Counted from the stretch's first letter, positions 1 through 8,404 are shown. The stretch is 64,000 bases of DNA from Candidatus Krumholzibacteriia bacterium (GCA_030592845.1 JAUVII010000003.1:1366-65365); one strand, 5' to 3'. Made by a program: numbers and translations. Notes: a model not told the origin generated them from the sequence alone.

Positions 1-180
1 CTCGTGGTCAGCGGGCACGTCCATCATGGTTTCATGTTCGAAGCAGGCGGCCTGGAAATGGCCTCCCTGGCCGGGTGGTTCGACATCCTGGGTTACGGCC
101 TGTTGAAGGAGGGCCGGTTCCAACTCCTGGATTTTGCCCGCGACCCTCTTCCGGACCTTCCTGCTACCAGACGAGATTGA
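1..180 (+). CDS. C-terminal fragment of a gene entering from the left edge (possible calcineurin-like metallophosphoesterase)
   Basis: Frame 1 is open from base 1 to TGA 178-180 (LVVSGHVHHGFMFEAGG...DFARDPLPDLPATRRD*). SGHVHH resembles the GHxH motif of metallophosphoesterases. Fragment too short for a firm call. This is my own translation, not in the ORF track. Confidence 0.3.
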   Translation, partial: LVVSGHVHHGFMFEAGGLEMASLAGWFDILGYGLLKEGRFQLLDFARDPLPDLPATRRD

Positions 181-1123
181 GCGAAAACTTGTGCCCGTCA
201 TCGAAACCTTCGATGGTCGACTCCTCAAAGGCGTAATCAACCCCCAGCACACCGGCCCGGAAACCGGCCCCGGCGGTCATTCCCTGATTCGTGTAATTGA
301 TGCGGGTTCCCACCCTCAGGGAGAACTCCGGAATGAGCCTCAGCTCGGCTCCCACATGGGCTTTTTCATTGGTGTCGTTGGGAAAGACGACATCGCCGGC
401 AATCGTGAACTTTTCCTTGAAAAAATCATCGACGGGAGTCCAGGCCAACCCCACCCTGCCCGCCGTGGGAAGTTTGAAGGGCTCGGCATTGAGGTTCAAC
501 TTCCCGCCCAGGTTCGTGACACTCGCCCCAAAAAACAATCCTTCGATCATGGCCTTGTGGGTGACGAAAAAATCAAAAGCCAACCCCTCGTCCGAATGTA
601 AGTCGATCTTCTCGTAGAGAAATTTGGCCGTCACACCCGCGGCGAAACTCTCACCCAGCGGATAGGCATAGGATACACCGAGAGAGACGTCATAGGGTTT
701 GAACGAACCCTCAGGTACTCCGACCGGTTCGGACCCGTACCTGTCGAGGGCATCGGAATAGAAGCCCATGAAAATGACACCGAGCACCCCCTTGCCCACC
801 CGGTGGGCCAAGGCGGCCGACTCGTGGTTGAACAGGCCCAGGTAGCGGTTGTGCTGGAGGACAAGCCCTGTTTCGAAGTCGGCAAAAACATTGTTGGCAG
901 GGTTCCAGAATACGGCCGCGGCCCCTTCGCTCGAGGCGACTCCCGTCCCCCCCATGGCCGCCTCGCGGGCACCGATGCCAAGACGCAGTGACAAAAAGCC
1001 CGCGTCACCCGGACTGCCCGCCCAGGCGCCGGAAGTGACCGCGACCACCAGCAGGAACACTGCCAGCAGGGTCGTCACTTTCAAATTGATGTTGCCAACC
1101 ATGGAAAACCTTTCCTTGTTCAA
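164..1123 (-). CDS. PorV/PorQ-family outer-membrane beta-barrel (T9SS-associated)
   Basis: 319-aa ORF with signal peptide (LLAVFLLVVAVTSGAWA). The motif FLSLRLGIGAREAAMGGTGVASSEGAAAVFWNPAN matches the conserved N-terminal motif I recall for PorV/PorQ proteins. Alternating beta-strand pattern and aromatic C-terminus (FSLNLVW). Lies 43 bp downstream of a T9SS-CTD cargo gene. Confidence 0.7.
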   Translation of the reverse strand: MNKERFSMVGNINLKVTTLLAVFLLVVAVTSGAWAGSPGDAGFLSLRLGIGAREAAMGGTGVASSEGAAAVFWNPANNVFADFETGLVLQHNRYLGLFNHESAALAHRVGKGVLGVIFMGFYSDALDRYGSEPVGVPEGSFKPYDVSLGVSYAYPLGESFAAGVTAKFLYEKIDLHSDEGLAFDFFVTHKAMIEGLFFGASVTNLGGKLNLNAEPFKLPTAGRVGLAWTPVDDFFKEKFTIAGDVVFPNDTNEKAHVGAELRLIPEFSLRVGTRINYTNQGMTAGAGFRAGVLGVDYAFEESTIEGFDDGHKFSLNLVW

Positions 1124-1166
1124 CAGGGACCCATGTGCAAACCGGGCCCGGTTAATCTACATCCTG

Positions 1167-4100
1167 CTAACGCACAACCGCAAACTGCACCACGCTGTTG
1201 TCGGTCGCGCCGTCCGACTCCACTACGAGCCGGCAAAGATAAAGACCAGTGGTCACCCCGTCCAAGGCGACTTCAATGGCGAACGGTTCGACGGCCACCA
1301 CATCCTGCCATCCGGTCGACAGGATTTCCTCTCCCTGGAGATTGTACACCAAGGCCCGTACACGGGCTGGTGTCCCGACCTGACCCCGGACATGAAGAGG
1401 CCCGGAAAGAAGCGGACTGGGATAACAAAAATGGCTGCCGGGAACCAGACCGGCCCCCAGGCCGGAAACGGGAAGGGTAGACCAACCTGACGCGTCATAG
1501 GAACCGTTTCGCCAGGGAGATCCTCCGGCCATGGGCCAGACGGCGTCCGTTTGGGCAACATCCCGCCACACCGAAACAGCGGAAATAAATTCCACCTCAA
1601 GGCCCGAAGGGTCGGTTCCCAGGCCCCGAATGCTTTCAAAGGACCCGATGGACGCCAGGTCCAGCAGGGAATCCCCGGTCAGACGGCCCAAAGCGGGGCT
1701 GCCCGCACCAAGGGCTGGGCCCGCCACCGGCCAACCGGATTGCGCTTCCCCCTTGGTCCCCATCCCGAACAGCCGTCCATCCCGGGTGGGAAAGATATAC
1801 TGGTCCAGGGCATGTGACGCGTTTACCAACTCGGCCACCAGGGGAGAACCCGCTCCCCCTGTTTCAACCGGCTCAAAACCCGTGAGGGGCCGGCGGGGCC
1901 AACCGTCCAGCCAATGGCCGCCGTGGCCGGCGCGCCCCAGGGTCCCGGGTCCGACAAAGGAACCGCCCACCCCCAAGGGAGACCGTATCTCCACACCCTC
2001 GCTCCAGACGATATTTTCCCGCGTCTTGCGCAAGTCGCCGTCGAAGAAGACCGTCTCCCCGTGACCCGACAAGTCGACAACGATGGCGAAATATTCGGGA
2101 TCATCGGCAGAAGATTCGGAAGTCAAACCCCAGACCACGGGAAACGGACCTGGTTCATTGGCCAGGGGAAGATCAAGTCGGACCGGATTTTCGGGGATGG
2201 CCAGGGTTCTCTGGTTGAAGACCACCAGACGGTGGTCACCACCGGAAGTATCCGCAGCGGCCACCAGCAGGAATCCATCAACCGCCACGGGGATCGAAGG
2301 AACCAGCACCGGCCCCAGTTTGAATACCGGGCCGGGATCGGCCGCAGGTCCACTGAAGATCCGCACGTCGGTGGAACCCTTGTCCTGCACCACCACACAG
2401 ACCGAAACGTGAAGGGAATCGGCTCCCGGCATCTGGGTTATCGCCGGCAAAAGTATCGGTGGGAGCTCACAACCGGGCAGATCCTGATACAGACCGATCG
2501 CACCGACCTCCACCAGGCGCACAGGAGAAGCATCCGCCTTGAAAGCATAAATGCCCCGCGGCCCCGTCAGAATGATTTCCACTTCACCGTCATGATCCAG
2601 GTCGCCCGCCGCGGGCGGCAGGTTCCAGGCCACGGGCGCCCCCTTGCGCATACCCGTGGCAAACGGTTCCAGGGTTGCGGGATCGCCGTCGTAATCCAGG
2701 AATTCGTTCAGCTCACCGTCCAGCACAAAGACCTCGCCCTGGTGGCCCGCAAGGATGATCTGTTCGAGGGAGCCCACCGGGTCCAGGGGAGCGACCAGGA
2801 CATGGGACCCGGTCAGGTCCGTGCCGGGAGGCAGGTCGCGCCTGGCCGAAAGCACCGGTCCGGTGCCGGGATCAATGTCGGCGGTGAGGGTAAAGATCAT
2901 CGTGTCGGCGTATTCGTAGCCCCAGTAGGTAAATCCGTTCAGTTCCGCCTCGTAACTCTGGGAATCCAGGACAACCTTGCTGAATTCACTGAAGGCGATC
3001 CCCGTTCGCGCCCCGCCCGCGGTGTCGGTCGGCGGCAGGGTCCGGGCATCGAATTGCCGGGCGTCCTCGGCCCGGAAACTGTCCTCGTCCCCGCCCAGCA
3101 TGAAGTCCGACGGCAGACTGGAATCCAGGTCCTGGATCTTGTCGGCCTCTTCCAGGTCCACGGATTTCCGAGCGGGGTCGGCGTTGAACAAATTCCCCGG
3201 GGCATTCCATACGTCCTGGATAACGCCCTCATCGATATGCCAGATATACACTCCGCTGCCCGCGGCCAACTCGCCGGGCAGCCGCGCGTTGTTCTCGCTC
3301 ATGGCGAAGTCCCATTCGGCATCCGTCACCCGTTCCCTGATATCGGTCTCGGGATCGAACTTGCCGGTCGGCGTGCCATCGGCGCTGTCGGAATCCGCGT
3401 CCCAGAAATCGGGAATCCCGTTATCGTTGAGGTCTCCGGAAAAGGTGAATTGGCGGTCGCCGTTGGGGTCCTGCAACCTGTACTCCAGAAGCCAGTATTC
3501 CTGTCCGGTGATATTGACACGGGCACAGGCCGCCGCGTCGGACGGCCTCTCGCTCGGGGTCAGGTGCAACTGACCGCCCGCCATGACATCAGTTTCGTAG
3601 GGGTCCAGCCAACCCATCAGATATTTGTTGTAGGCACAGGGGTGAGGTGGGATGAAGCCCAGGCCCACGAACAAGCCGTAACCCATCAGCCCGAATTCCC
3701 CGATCCCCTGGCTGTCCGGCCGGCCCGAGGGAGTAAAATCACTGAGGGAAAGCATGCCCAGATGCAGCCCCACTTCGAAGCAGTACACTCCGAGACTGCC
3801 GAACCCGCCGTTGAAAGTGCCCACCGGATCCTGCTGCTCGGTTTCCGGGAGAACCAAAACCCTGTCGATCCCCATACCGGCGGGATACCCCTCGGCAGGG
3901 AGGTAGGGTGTATCCAGGATACTGTCCTGCATGGCGCCGAAAAAATCGTCGGGATCCAGATAGGTGCTGAAAATCTGTTCCGGACTGTTGCCCAGGATGT
4001 CGGTTTCCTCGCCGGCCCCAGCGTGAACCAGGATGACCGTGTCGTAGTCGGGGAAATGGATCTCGCCATCAAGGCTGTCCACTACGGTGGCAGCCAGCAG

Positions 4101-4625
4101 TATCTGCTGCTCCCCCAGATCGGGATGATTTCCGTAATGCCACATGGGATCCGGGAGATTGACCGTGCGGGGATGGACGGTCGTAATCACCGTCAAACGC
4201 CCGCCGCTGACTTCATCAAAATAGTCCGCCACATCCCCCATCAGATGTTGGAAAAAAATCGAATCATGAGCTGCGTAATACCGGTCAGTCTGCATGGGCG
4301 GGGGAAAATCCCCGGGAACCTGGCCATGCCGGCCCAGCATGAGGCTGTCGGAAAAATCACACATCAGGACGATCGCGTTCAAGGTGGAAGGCGCCTTTTC
4401 CCCGGCCAGGCGGCGGCCCTGCAGTTCCCTGGATGCATCATCACACACCGGGCGGATCCGGGATTGGAGTATGTTTTTTACCCGCGCCTCATCAGACTTT
4501 GAACCACGAGGAAATGGGAGTTCGCGCGAGGGAACCGACGTATCGGCCGCCAGGGCAGCCCCCACTGCCAAAATCCAAACGACGGTCACCAGCACCATAA
4601 AAATGGCTCGCGGCTTGATACGCAT
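1167..4625 (-). CDS. Large secreted M6 (InhA)-like metalloprotease-fold protein with degenerate HExxH, Ca-binding/FG-GAP-like segments and a T9SS C-terminal sorting domain
   Basis: ORF 1167..4727. Start moved to ATG 4625 (MRIKPRAIFMVLVTVVWILAVGAALAA signal peptide), because the longer ORF would run through the promoter. M6-like strings: VILVHAGAGEETD, GVYCFEVGLHLGM, GIGEFGLMGYG, PHPCAYNKYLMGWLDP. FG-GAP-like GDLDHDGEVEIILTG. C-terminal tail CYPSPLLSGPLHV..ALVYNLQGEEI..GLYLCRLVV..VVQFAVVR resembles a T9SS type-A CTD. Confidence 0.75.
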   Translation of the reverse strand: MRIKPRAIFMVLVTVVWILAVGAALAADTSVPSRELPFPRGSKSDEARVKNILQSRIRPVCDDASRELQGRRLAGEKAPSTLNAIVLMCDFSDSLMLGRHGQVPGDFPPPMQTDRYYAAHDSIFFQHLMGDVADYFDEVSGGRLTVITTVHPRTVNLPDPMWHYGNHPDLGEQQILLAATVVDSLDGEIHFPDYDTVILVHAGAGEETDILGNSPEQIFSTYLDPDDFFGAMQDSILDTPYLPAEGYPAGMGIDRVLVLPETEQQDPVGTFNGGFGSLGVYCFEVGLHLGMLSLSDFTPSGRPDSQGIGEFGLMGYGLFVGLGFIPPHPCAYNKYLMGWLDPYETDVMAGGQLHLTPSERPSDAAACARVNITGQEYWLLEYRLQDPNGDRQFTFSGDLNDNGIPDFWDADSDSADGTPTGKFDPETDIRERVTDAEWDFAMSENNARLPGELAAGSGVYIWHIDEGVIQDVWNAPGNLFNADPARKSVDLEEADKIQDLDSSLPSDFMLGGDEDSFRAEDARQFDARTLPPTDTAGGARTGIAFSEFSKVVLDSQSYEAELNGFTYWGYEYADTMIFTLTADIDPGTGPVLSARRDLPPGTDLTGSHVLVAPLDPVGSLEQIILAGHQGEVFVLDGELNEFLDYDGDPATLEPFATGMRKGAPVAWNLPPAAGDLDHDGEVEIILTGPRGIYAFKADASPVRLVEVGAIGLYQDLPGCELPPILLPAITQMPGADSLHVSVCVVVQDKGSTDVRIFSGPAADPGPVFKLGPVLVPSIPVAVDGFLLVAAADTSGGDHRLVVFNQRTLAIPENPVRLDLPLANEPGPFPVVWGLTSESSADDPEYFAIVVDLSGHGETVFFDGDLRKTRENIVWSEGVEIRSPLGVGGSFVGPGTLGRAGHGGHWLDGWPRRPLTGFEPVETGGAGSPLVAELVNASHALDQYIFPTRDGRLFGMGTKGEAQSGWPVAGPALGAGSPALGRLTGDSLLDLASIGSFESIRGLGTDPSGLEVEFISAVSVWRDVAQTDAVWPMAGGSPWRNGSYDASGWSTLPVSGLGAGLVPGSHFCYPSPLLSGPLHVRGQVGTPARVRALVYNLQGEEILSTGWQDVVAVEPFAIEVALDGVTTGLYLCRLVVESDGATDNSVVQFAVVR

Positions 4626-4698
4626 GGATTCCAGGGACCTTTCGGGAACGTAACCGGTCAAGTTGCTCACCGCGGGCGAATAGGGGGATCCGCGGGAC

Positions 4699-4727
4699 AT
4701 TATATAGAGGACCAGATCAACGGTCAA
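4699..4727 (-). promoter_or_regulatory. sigma70-type promoter for the M6-like/PorV-like operon
   Basis: Minus strand reads TTGACC (4727-4722), a 17-nt spacer, then TATAAT (4704-4699). It sits about 70 nt upstream of ATG 4625. Confidence 0.5.
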
Positions 4728-4773
4728 TTGTCGGGTCTTCGATTTTGAAAACGAATCCCCGACAGTCCTTCTT

Positions 4774-4843
4774 CAAAAAAATCGGGAGAGCCCAAGCGCG
4801 GTACCTGTCACCCCTGATCGACATTCCCTCGCTGGGCTCTCCG
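4774..4843 (-). terminator. Hairpin plus T-run downstream of the DUF4384-like gene
   Basis: CGGGAGAGCCCA (4783-4794) pairs with TGGGCTCTCCG (4833-4843). On the minus strand the stem is followed by a T7-8 run (4774-4781). The loop is unusually long (38 nt). Confidence 0.45.
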
Positions 4844-4983
4844 TCATGTGTCGGTGTCCCCGTCCGATCGGTTTGCTACCTTTCCCGTATGGCTGCCAAC
4901 CTCTTCGAGAATCCGGTTTCTCACCGGCCGACGGGTGATGGGGGGAAACCACCAACACAACACTGAATTTTCCGTGCGGAAAC

Positions 4984-6960
4984 CTACCTCCTGCCGGAGG
5001 TGCCGCCGCCGCGGCTGCCGCCCTTGGATCCGCCACCGCTGCTGCGGCTGCCGCCGGAACTGCGACTGCCGCTTGATTTCGAATTTGATTTACTGCCCAC
5101 GGAGCCGGAGCTGCGCGTTGTGGTCCCCTTGTTCCGGGAGGAACCCGATTTGGGTTTCACGGTGCTGCCCCGGGTTTTGGTACCACTCGATTTCTTGTTG
5201 TTGGAAGTGGGTTTTACGCTGCCGGAAGACCTGGAACGGGTTCCGACGCCGGAACTGTTCGAGCGGCTGCTTCCCGGGCGTACCTGCCGGGTCCGATCGT
5301 TACGATCGCCGGGTTTCCCCGAGCGGCCCGAGTTCCAGACCCGAGTACCCTTTTTCCTGGAGTCTGTCGGTTTGATGGTTCGTTGGGTCGTCCCCTGTCC
5401 GGATCGGGTTCCAGCCTTACGGTCCTGGACCGATCCCCCGGTACGGCTTGTGGAGCTGCCTCCGCGAACAGTCGTGCCACCTCGTGAGCCGGTATTCACG
5501 GGAACCAGCCCCGACCGGGTTCCGCCCCCGCCGGAGCGGTGCCTGAGACCGGCCTCGGTCGAACGGCTGCCGCCTGCGCCGGTGTTCAATCCGCCACTTG
5601 TCCGTGAACGGGAAGCCGTGCTCCCGCCATCACGGATACGCAACCCGGCGGTGCCTCGCATCCTCACGCCTTCGTCAAATTGGGGTCTCGCCCGGGAAGT
5701 GACCTTGGCGCCACCACCGCTGGAGCCACGGACACCGGTTGTGGTCAGGTTGCCGGTTCGGCCCTTGCCGCCAACGGGGTCGGCCATTCGGGACCGGTTG
5801 TTCATGGCATCCCGCTGACGGGAATCGGGGGTATCGGAACTGACCATCCGGCTGACCGAGGCATATTCCCTGGTCTTGGTTACCGCTCCGTCCCTGCCAC
5901 CCTGGGTCAGGGGCTTGTAGCGCTGGTTTCCATAGCCGCTGTTGTAGTTTGTGTAGCAATTGCCGGCGTAATAGGGCGAATAGCCCCAAGAATAACATCC
6001 ACCACCGTACCAGCCGTATCCGTAATAGGGCGCGCAGGTATAGGCGGGCCAGTACCAGAAGTTGACCCAGGGCCTCCAGGTCCACGGATCGACGTAGACA
6101 TAGACCGGATTGGCGTAGACGGGGTAATATCCATAATCGTCATACCAGGAGTTGACCCAGCCATAATCATAATTGATTTCGAGGGTGCAGGTGTCCCGGT
6201 ACGGTTCATAGGCCACATCATCCTCGAAGTGGCACTGGTTACACAGGTATCGCGGGTGCTCGACTTCGCGATGCACAAAATAGCTGGAGTAATTGGTCAC
6301 CACGTATTCTTCGGAGTTTTCCAGACCCGTCACCGCAAAATTGACCTCGTTCATGGCCAGGAATGGATCCCCGGCAACCTGGAAATGGAACTTGCCCCTA
6401 TCCGGTTCATGATGGAAATCGATTTCCAGATCCCTCAGATCGAAGGGATATTTGGAGACGATCGCCTCGACGAACCCCTCCCCCTCGTTGGTCGCCACCC
6501 GGAGTTGGTGTGCCCCGGCCACCGGCAGCAGATATTCATGGCCGCCGAAAGCAAACCCGTCATCCATCCTGCTGCGGGGCCAAAGTACCGTGACCAGGCC
6601 ATCGACATCGATCCGGTAGACCACGGCGTATGAGTCCTGGTTGGTCTGGAATCCGACCCCCATTTCCTCGCCGCGCTGATAGATTTCGTTTTCGTCGCGA
6701 TCCAGCCAGATGCCGACCCGCAGGTCCACCTTCCCGTAGTCGAAATCGCTACCGGAGGAGTTTCCGCCCACTTCGTAATCACGGACGGTCTTTTTGGGGG
6801 CGTAGCCCTCAACGTTGCCGATTTCGTTGCTTTGGCCAAACGCCACGGCATTCAGGTTCAGAACCAGGAACAGCGAGGCAAGGATGACCGCCTGCAGGGT
6901 GTTTCGCCGGAACAAAGTCCCCGGCAGTCCACCGTTGGTAATCGTGATTTTCGCTTTCAT
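4984..6960 (-). CDS. Secreted tripartite protein: DUF4384-like domain, Tyr/Trp/Gly-rich segment, ~300-aa basic Ser/Gly/Arg/Thr-rich disordered tail
   Basis: ORF 4984..7089, trimmed to ATG 6960 (MKAKITIT...LASLFLVLNLNAVAFGQ signal peptide). YAVVYRIDVDGLVTVLWPRS..GGHEYLLP resembles DUF4384. Aromatic block YYPVYANPVYVYVDPWTWRPWVNFWYWPAYTCAPYYGYGWYGGGCYSWGYSPYY. Single CNQCH string. The tail ends ..GSRSSGGSRSSGGGSKGGSRGGGTSGRR. Confidence 0.7.
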   Translation of the reverse strand: MKAKITITNGGLPGTLFRRNTLQAVILASLFLVLNLNAVAFGQSNEIGNVEGYAPKKTVRDYEVGGNSSGSDFDYGKVDLRVGIWLDRDENEIYQRGEEMGVGFQTNQDSYAVVYRIDVDGLVTVLWPRSRMDDGFAFGGHEYLLPVAGAHQLRVATNEGEGFVEAIVSKYPFDLRDLEIDFHHEPDRGKFHFQVAGDPFLAMNEVNFAVTGLENSEEYVVTNYSSYFVHREVEHPRYLCNQCHFEDDVAYEPYRDTCTLEINYDYGWVNSWYDDYGYYPVYANPVYVYVDPWTWRPWVNFWYWPAYTCAPYYGYGWYGGGCYSWGYSPYYAGNCYTNYNSGYGNQRYKPLTQGGRDGAVTKTREYASVSRMVSSDTPDSRQRDAMNNRSRMADPVGGKGRTGNLTTTGVRGSSGGGAKVTSRARPQFDEGVRMRGTAGLRIRDGGSTASRSRTSGGLNTGAGGSRSTEAGLRHRSGGGGTRSGLVPVNTGSRGGTTVRGGSSTSRTGGSVQDRKAGTRSGQGTTQRTIKPTDSRKKGTRVWNSGRSGKPGDRNDRTRQVRPGSSRSNSSGVGTRSRSSGSVKPTSNNKKSSGTKTRGSTVKPKSGSSRNKGTTTRSSGSVGSKSNSKSSGSRSSGGSRSSGGGSKGGSRGGGTSGRR

Positions 6961-6995
6961 GGTTTCACGCTCCTCTGGCTCAGTGCGTCCGCAAT

Positions 6996-8017
6996 TCAAA
7001 AGCTGACGATCTGCGGTTTGACCGGACCTGTTTCCAGATCCTCGGGTGCCTTGAGTTCCGGCAACCCGGCAATGGTCTGGTAGGCCCAAATGATGTCTAC
7101 TGATCCCGCATTAATGCCGGTAACTCCGAATTTTGCGTAGTGCAGACCCTCCTGGGGGTCCACGATTTCAACCACGTAGATGTGTCCGGTGACCAGTTCA
7201 ATTTTTCCGGTCTGGGAATAGCCGTCGGCCGGCGCCCAGGAAACACCCTCGAAAATGAGGGTACCGCCGCTGGTAAACACTCCGAAATCCTGCAGGACGA
7301 CCCTGGAAGGATTGGCATCCACATAGGGAATTCCGTTGGTGAAGGAAATGACAAAATCGGCCACCGTATTGGAAGGATCGACCCGGCCCGCGGGGATATC
7401 GAGCGGTTTGGCTGCGGCCATCGCGAAGTTAAACCCCGACTCGAATGGCTTGGAACCGTTGCCATCCGACAACTCAACGGATAGGTATCCACCATTGTAC
7501 CAGGGACTCATGGGCAGAGGGGCATCGAGAACGAGTTCATAGCTGAGAGCGCTCTCCAGGCCGGCGGCATTGACCGCCGCGATGGCGTACTCATACCGGA
7601 GTCCATTTTCCACGTCGATATCGTCGAACCAGTGAAGACCGGTGTATTCATCATAGTTTTCGTCCCAGTTCACTTCGCCGATAAGAAAAACTCACGATTG
7701 GGGTCTCGCTCGTCCCCCTCTTCAAAGAAACGGCTGTAAACCGCGTATTTTTCCACATTGGGATTGTAGGAGCCGTCGTAGGGGGCATAGGAAATGTCAT
7801 ACCATTGGACGATGACCAGGTTGTCACCGCTGATGGTGTGGACACCGGTGGGGACGACCGGAGGCGGCAGTTCCACGCAGTTGAGGCAATCTTCCTCGGA
7901 CTCGCAACCGGCCATCAGGGCACCGGTGACTATAAGAACAGCCGCCATGGCCAAAGCCTTGAATGCTGCCGACTTGAACCCGGCGTTCCTTTGGCTATTT
8001 TCCTTGGCCCACTTCAT
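6996..8017 (-). pseudogene. FN3-domain lipoprotein gene split by a 1-nt frameshift in a T5 homopolymer (two ORFs, 7670..8017 and 6996..7673)
   Basis: The upstream ORF has a lipobox (LMAGC) and begins an FN3-like domain (..VEKYAVYSRFFEEGDERDPNREFF). The downstream ORF continues it (..NWDENYDEYTGLHWFDDIDVENGLRYEYAIAAVNAAGLES). Adding one T to the run at 7686-7690 gives a continuous REFFLIGEVNWDEN reading. GGAGG RBS lies 8 nt before ATG 8017. Confidence 0.6.
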
Positions 8018-8064
8018 GTTACGACCTCCAGGTCATCGGTTCAGTGTTCCCTGCCACGGTATAC

Positions 8065-8079
8065 GCACGGTTTGTGCCA
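8065..8079 (-). promoter_or_regulatory. sigma54 (-24/-12) promoter candidate upstream of the FN3 lipoprotein / DUF4384-like genes
   Basis: Minus strand reads G-TGGCAC-AAACC-GTGC-G, against the consensus TGGCAC-N5-TTGC. GG and GC have the canonical 10-nt separation. It lies ~50 nt upstream of ATG 8017 and directly downstream of a sigma54 activator gene. Confidence 0.6.
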
Positions 8080-8212
8080 CTTGACCCTACTTCTGCCAGG
8101 GCGGCTCCCTTGAGCTGGAAATGAGGGTGGATTTTCCGGGTCAGCAGGGGTTCTCTAAGCGTTATCCAACTGCTTTGCAACAACATACAGCCCCACCCGA
8201 GCCTCGATATAA

Positions 8213-8226
8213 CAGGATTAATCCTG
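8213..8226. promoter_or_regulatory. Perfect 14-bp palindrome CAGGATTAATCCTG, candidate upstream activator site
   Basis: Read directly in the sequence. It is centred ~145 bp upstream of the -24/-12 candidate, a typical EBP UAS distance. Confidence 0.35.
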
Positions 8227-8333
8227 GGCTCCGGTGGCCCCCAAGGCCCCTCCTGATGACAATCAGAGGTCATATTTGTGCGAATTGAAGGACAGATTAC
8301 CCTAAAAGAGACGAGAAGCGGAACATGGCGGGC

Positions 8334-8404
8334 AAAAAAAAAGAGCCCTGCCTTACGGCATCCCAATCTTGAATCTCGCCATTTCAAGATCGGGCGGGCT
8401 CTTT
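8334..8404 (-). terminator. Compound GC hairpin followed by T9 (minus strand)
   Basis: AAGAGCCC (8341-8348) pairs with GGGCTCTT (8396-8403). This outer stem encloses an inner hairpin ATCTTGAA/TTCAAGAT (8366-8373 / 8383-8390) and a TGCC-GTAA-GGCA hairpin. On the minus strand it is followed by 9 T (8334-8342). Confidence 0.45.

Noticed and set aside
1914-4502. 862-aa ORF on the + strand. Similar very long ORFs lie opposite annotated genes: 51549..54167 (872 aa), 17092..19167 (691 aa), 26853..28568 (571 aa), 10397..11992 (531 aa), 13014..14324 (436 aa), 43327..44592 (421 aa), 54252..55454 (400 aa), 14035..15201 (388 aa), 41855..42994 (379 aa).
   Set aside because: Each lies antisense to a gene with clear family motifs (M6-like, lon, acyl-CoA ligase, batD, EBP, ntrC, desulfurase, clpX, rlmN, S1). 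Their translations are Gly/Arg/Pro/His-rich with no recognisable motifs. Stop-poor antisense frames are expected in a ~60% GC genome with GC-rich third positions.
7668-7692. Programmed -1 ribosomal frameshift as an explanation for the split FN3 gene.
   Set aside because: GAG-TTT-TTC is not a canonical slippery heptamer, and I see no stimulatory hairpin or pseudoknot 5-9 nt downstream. An indel in the homopolymer, real or artefactual, is the simpler explanation. It is kept only as a minor alternative in the finding.
8019-8387. 122-aa minus-strand ORF in the intergenic island.
   Set aside because: It runs straight across the -24/-12 promoter, the palindrome and the terminator hairpin. It has no RBS, and its composition is unlike neighbouring genes. 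It is most likely a chance ORF.
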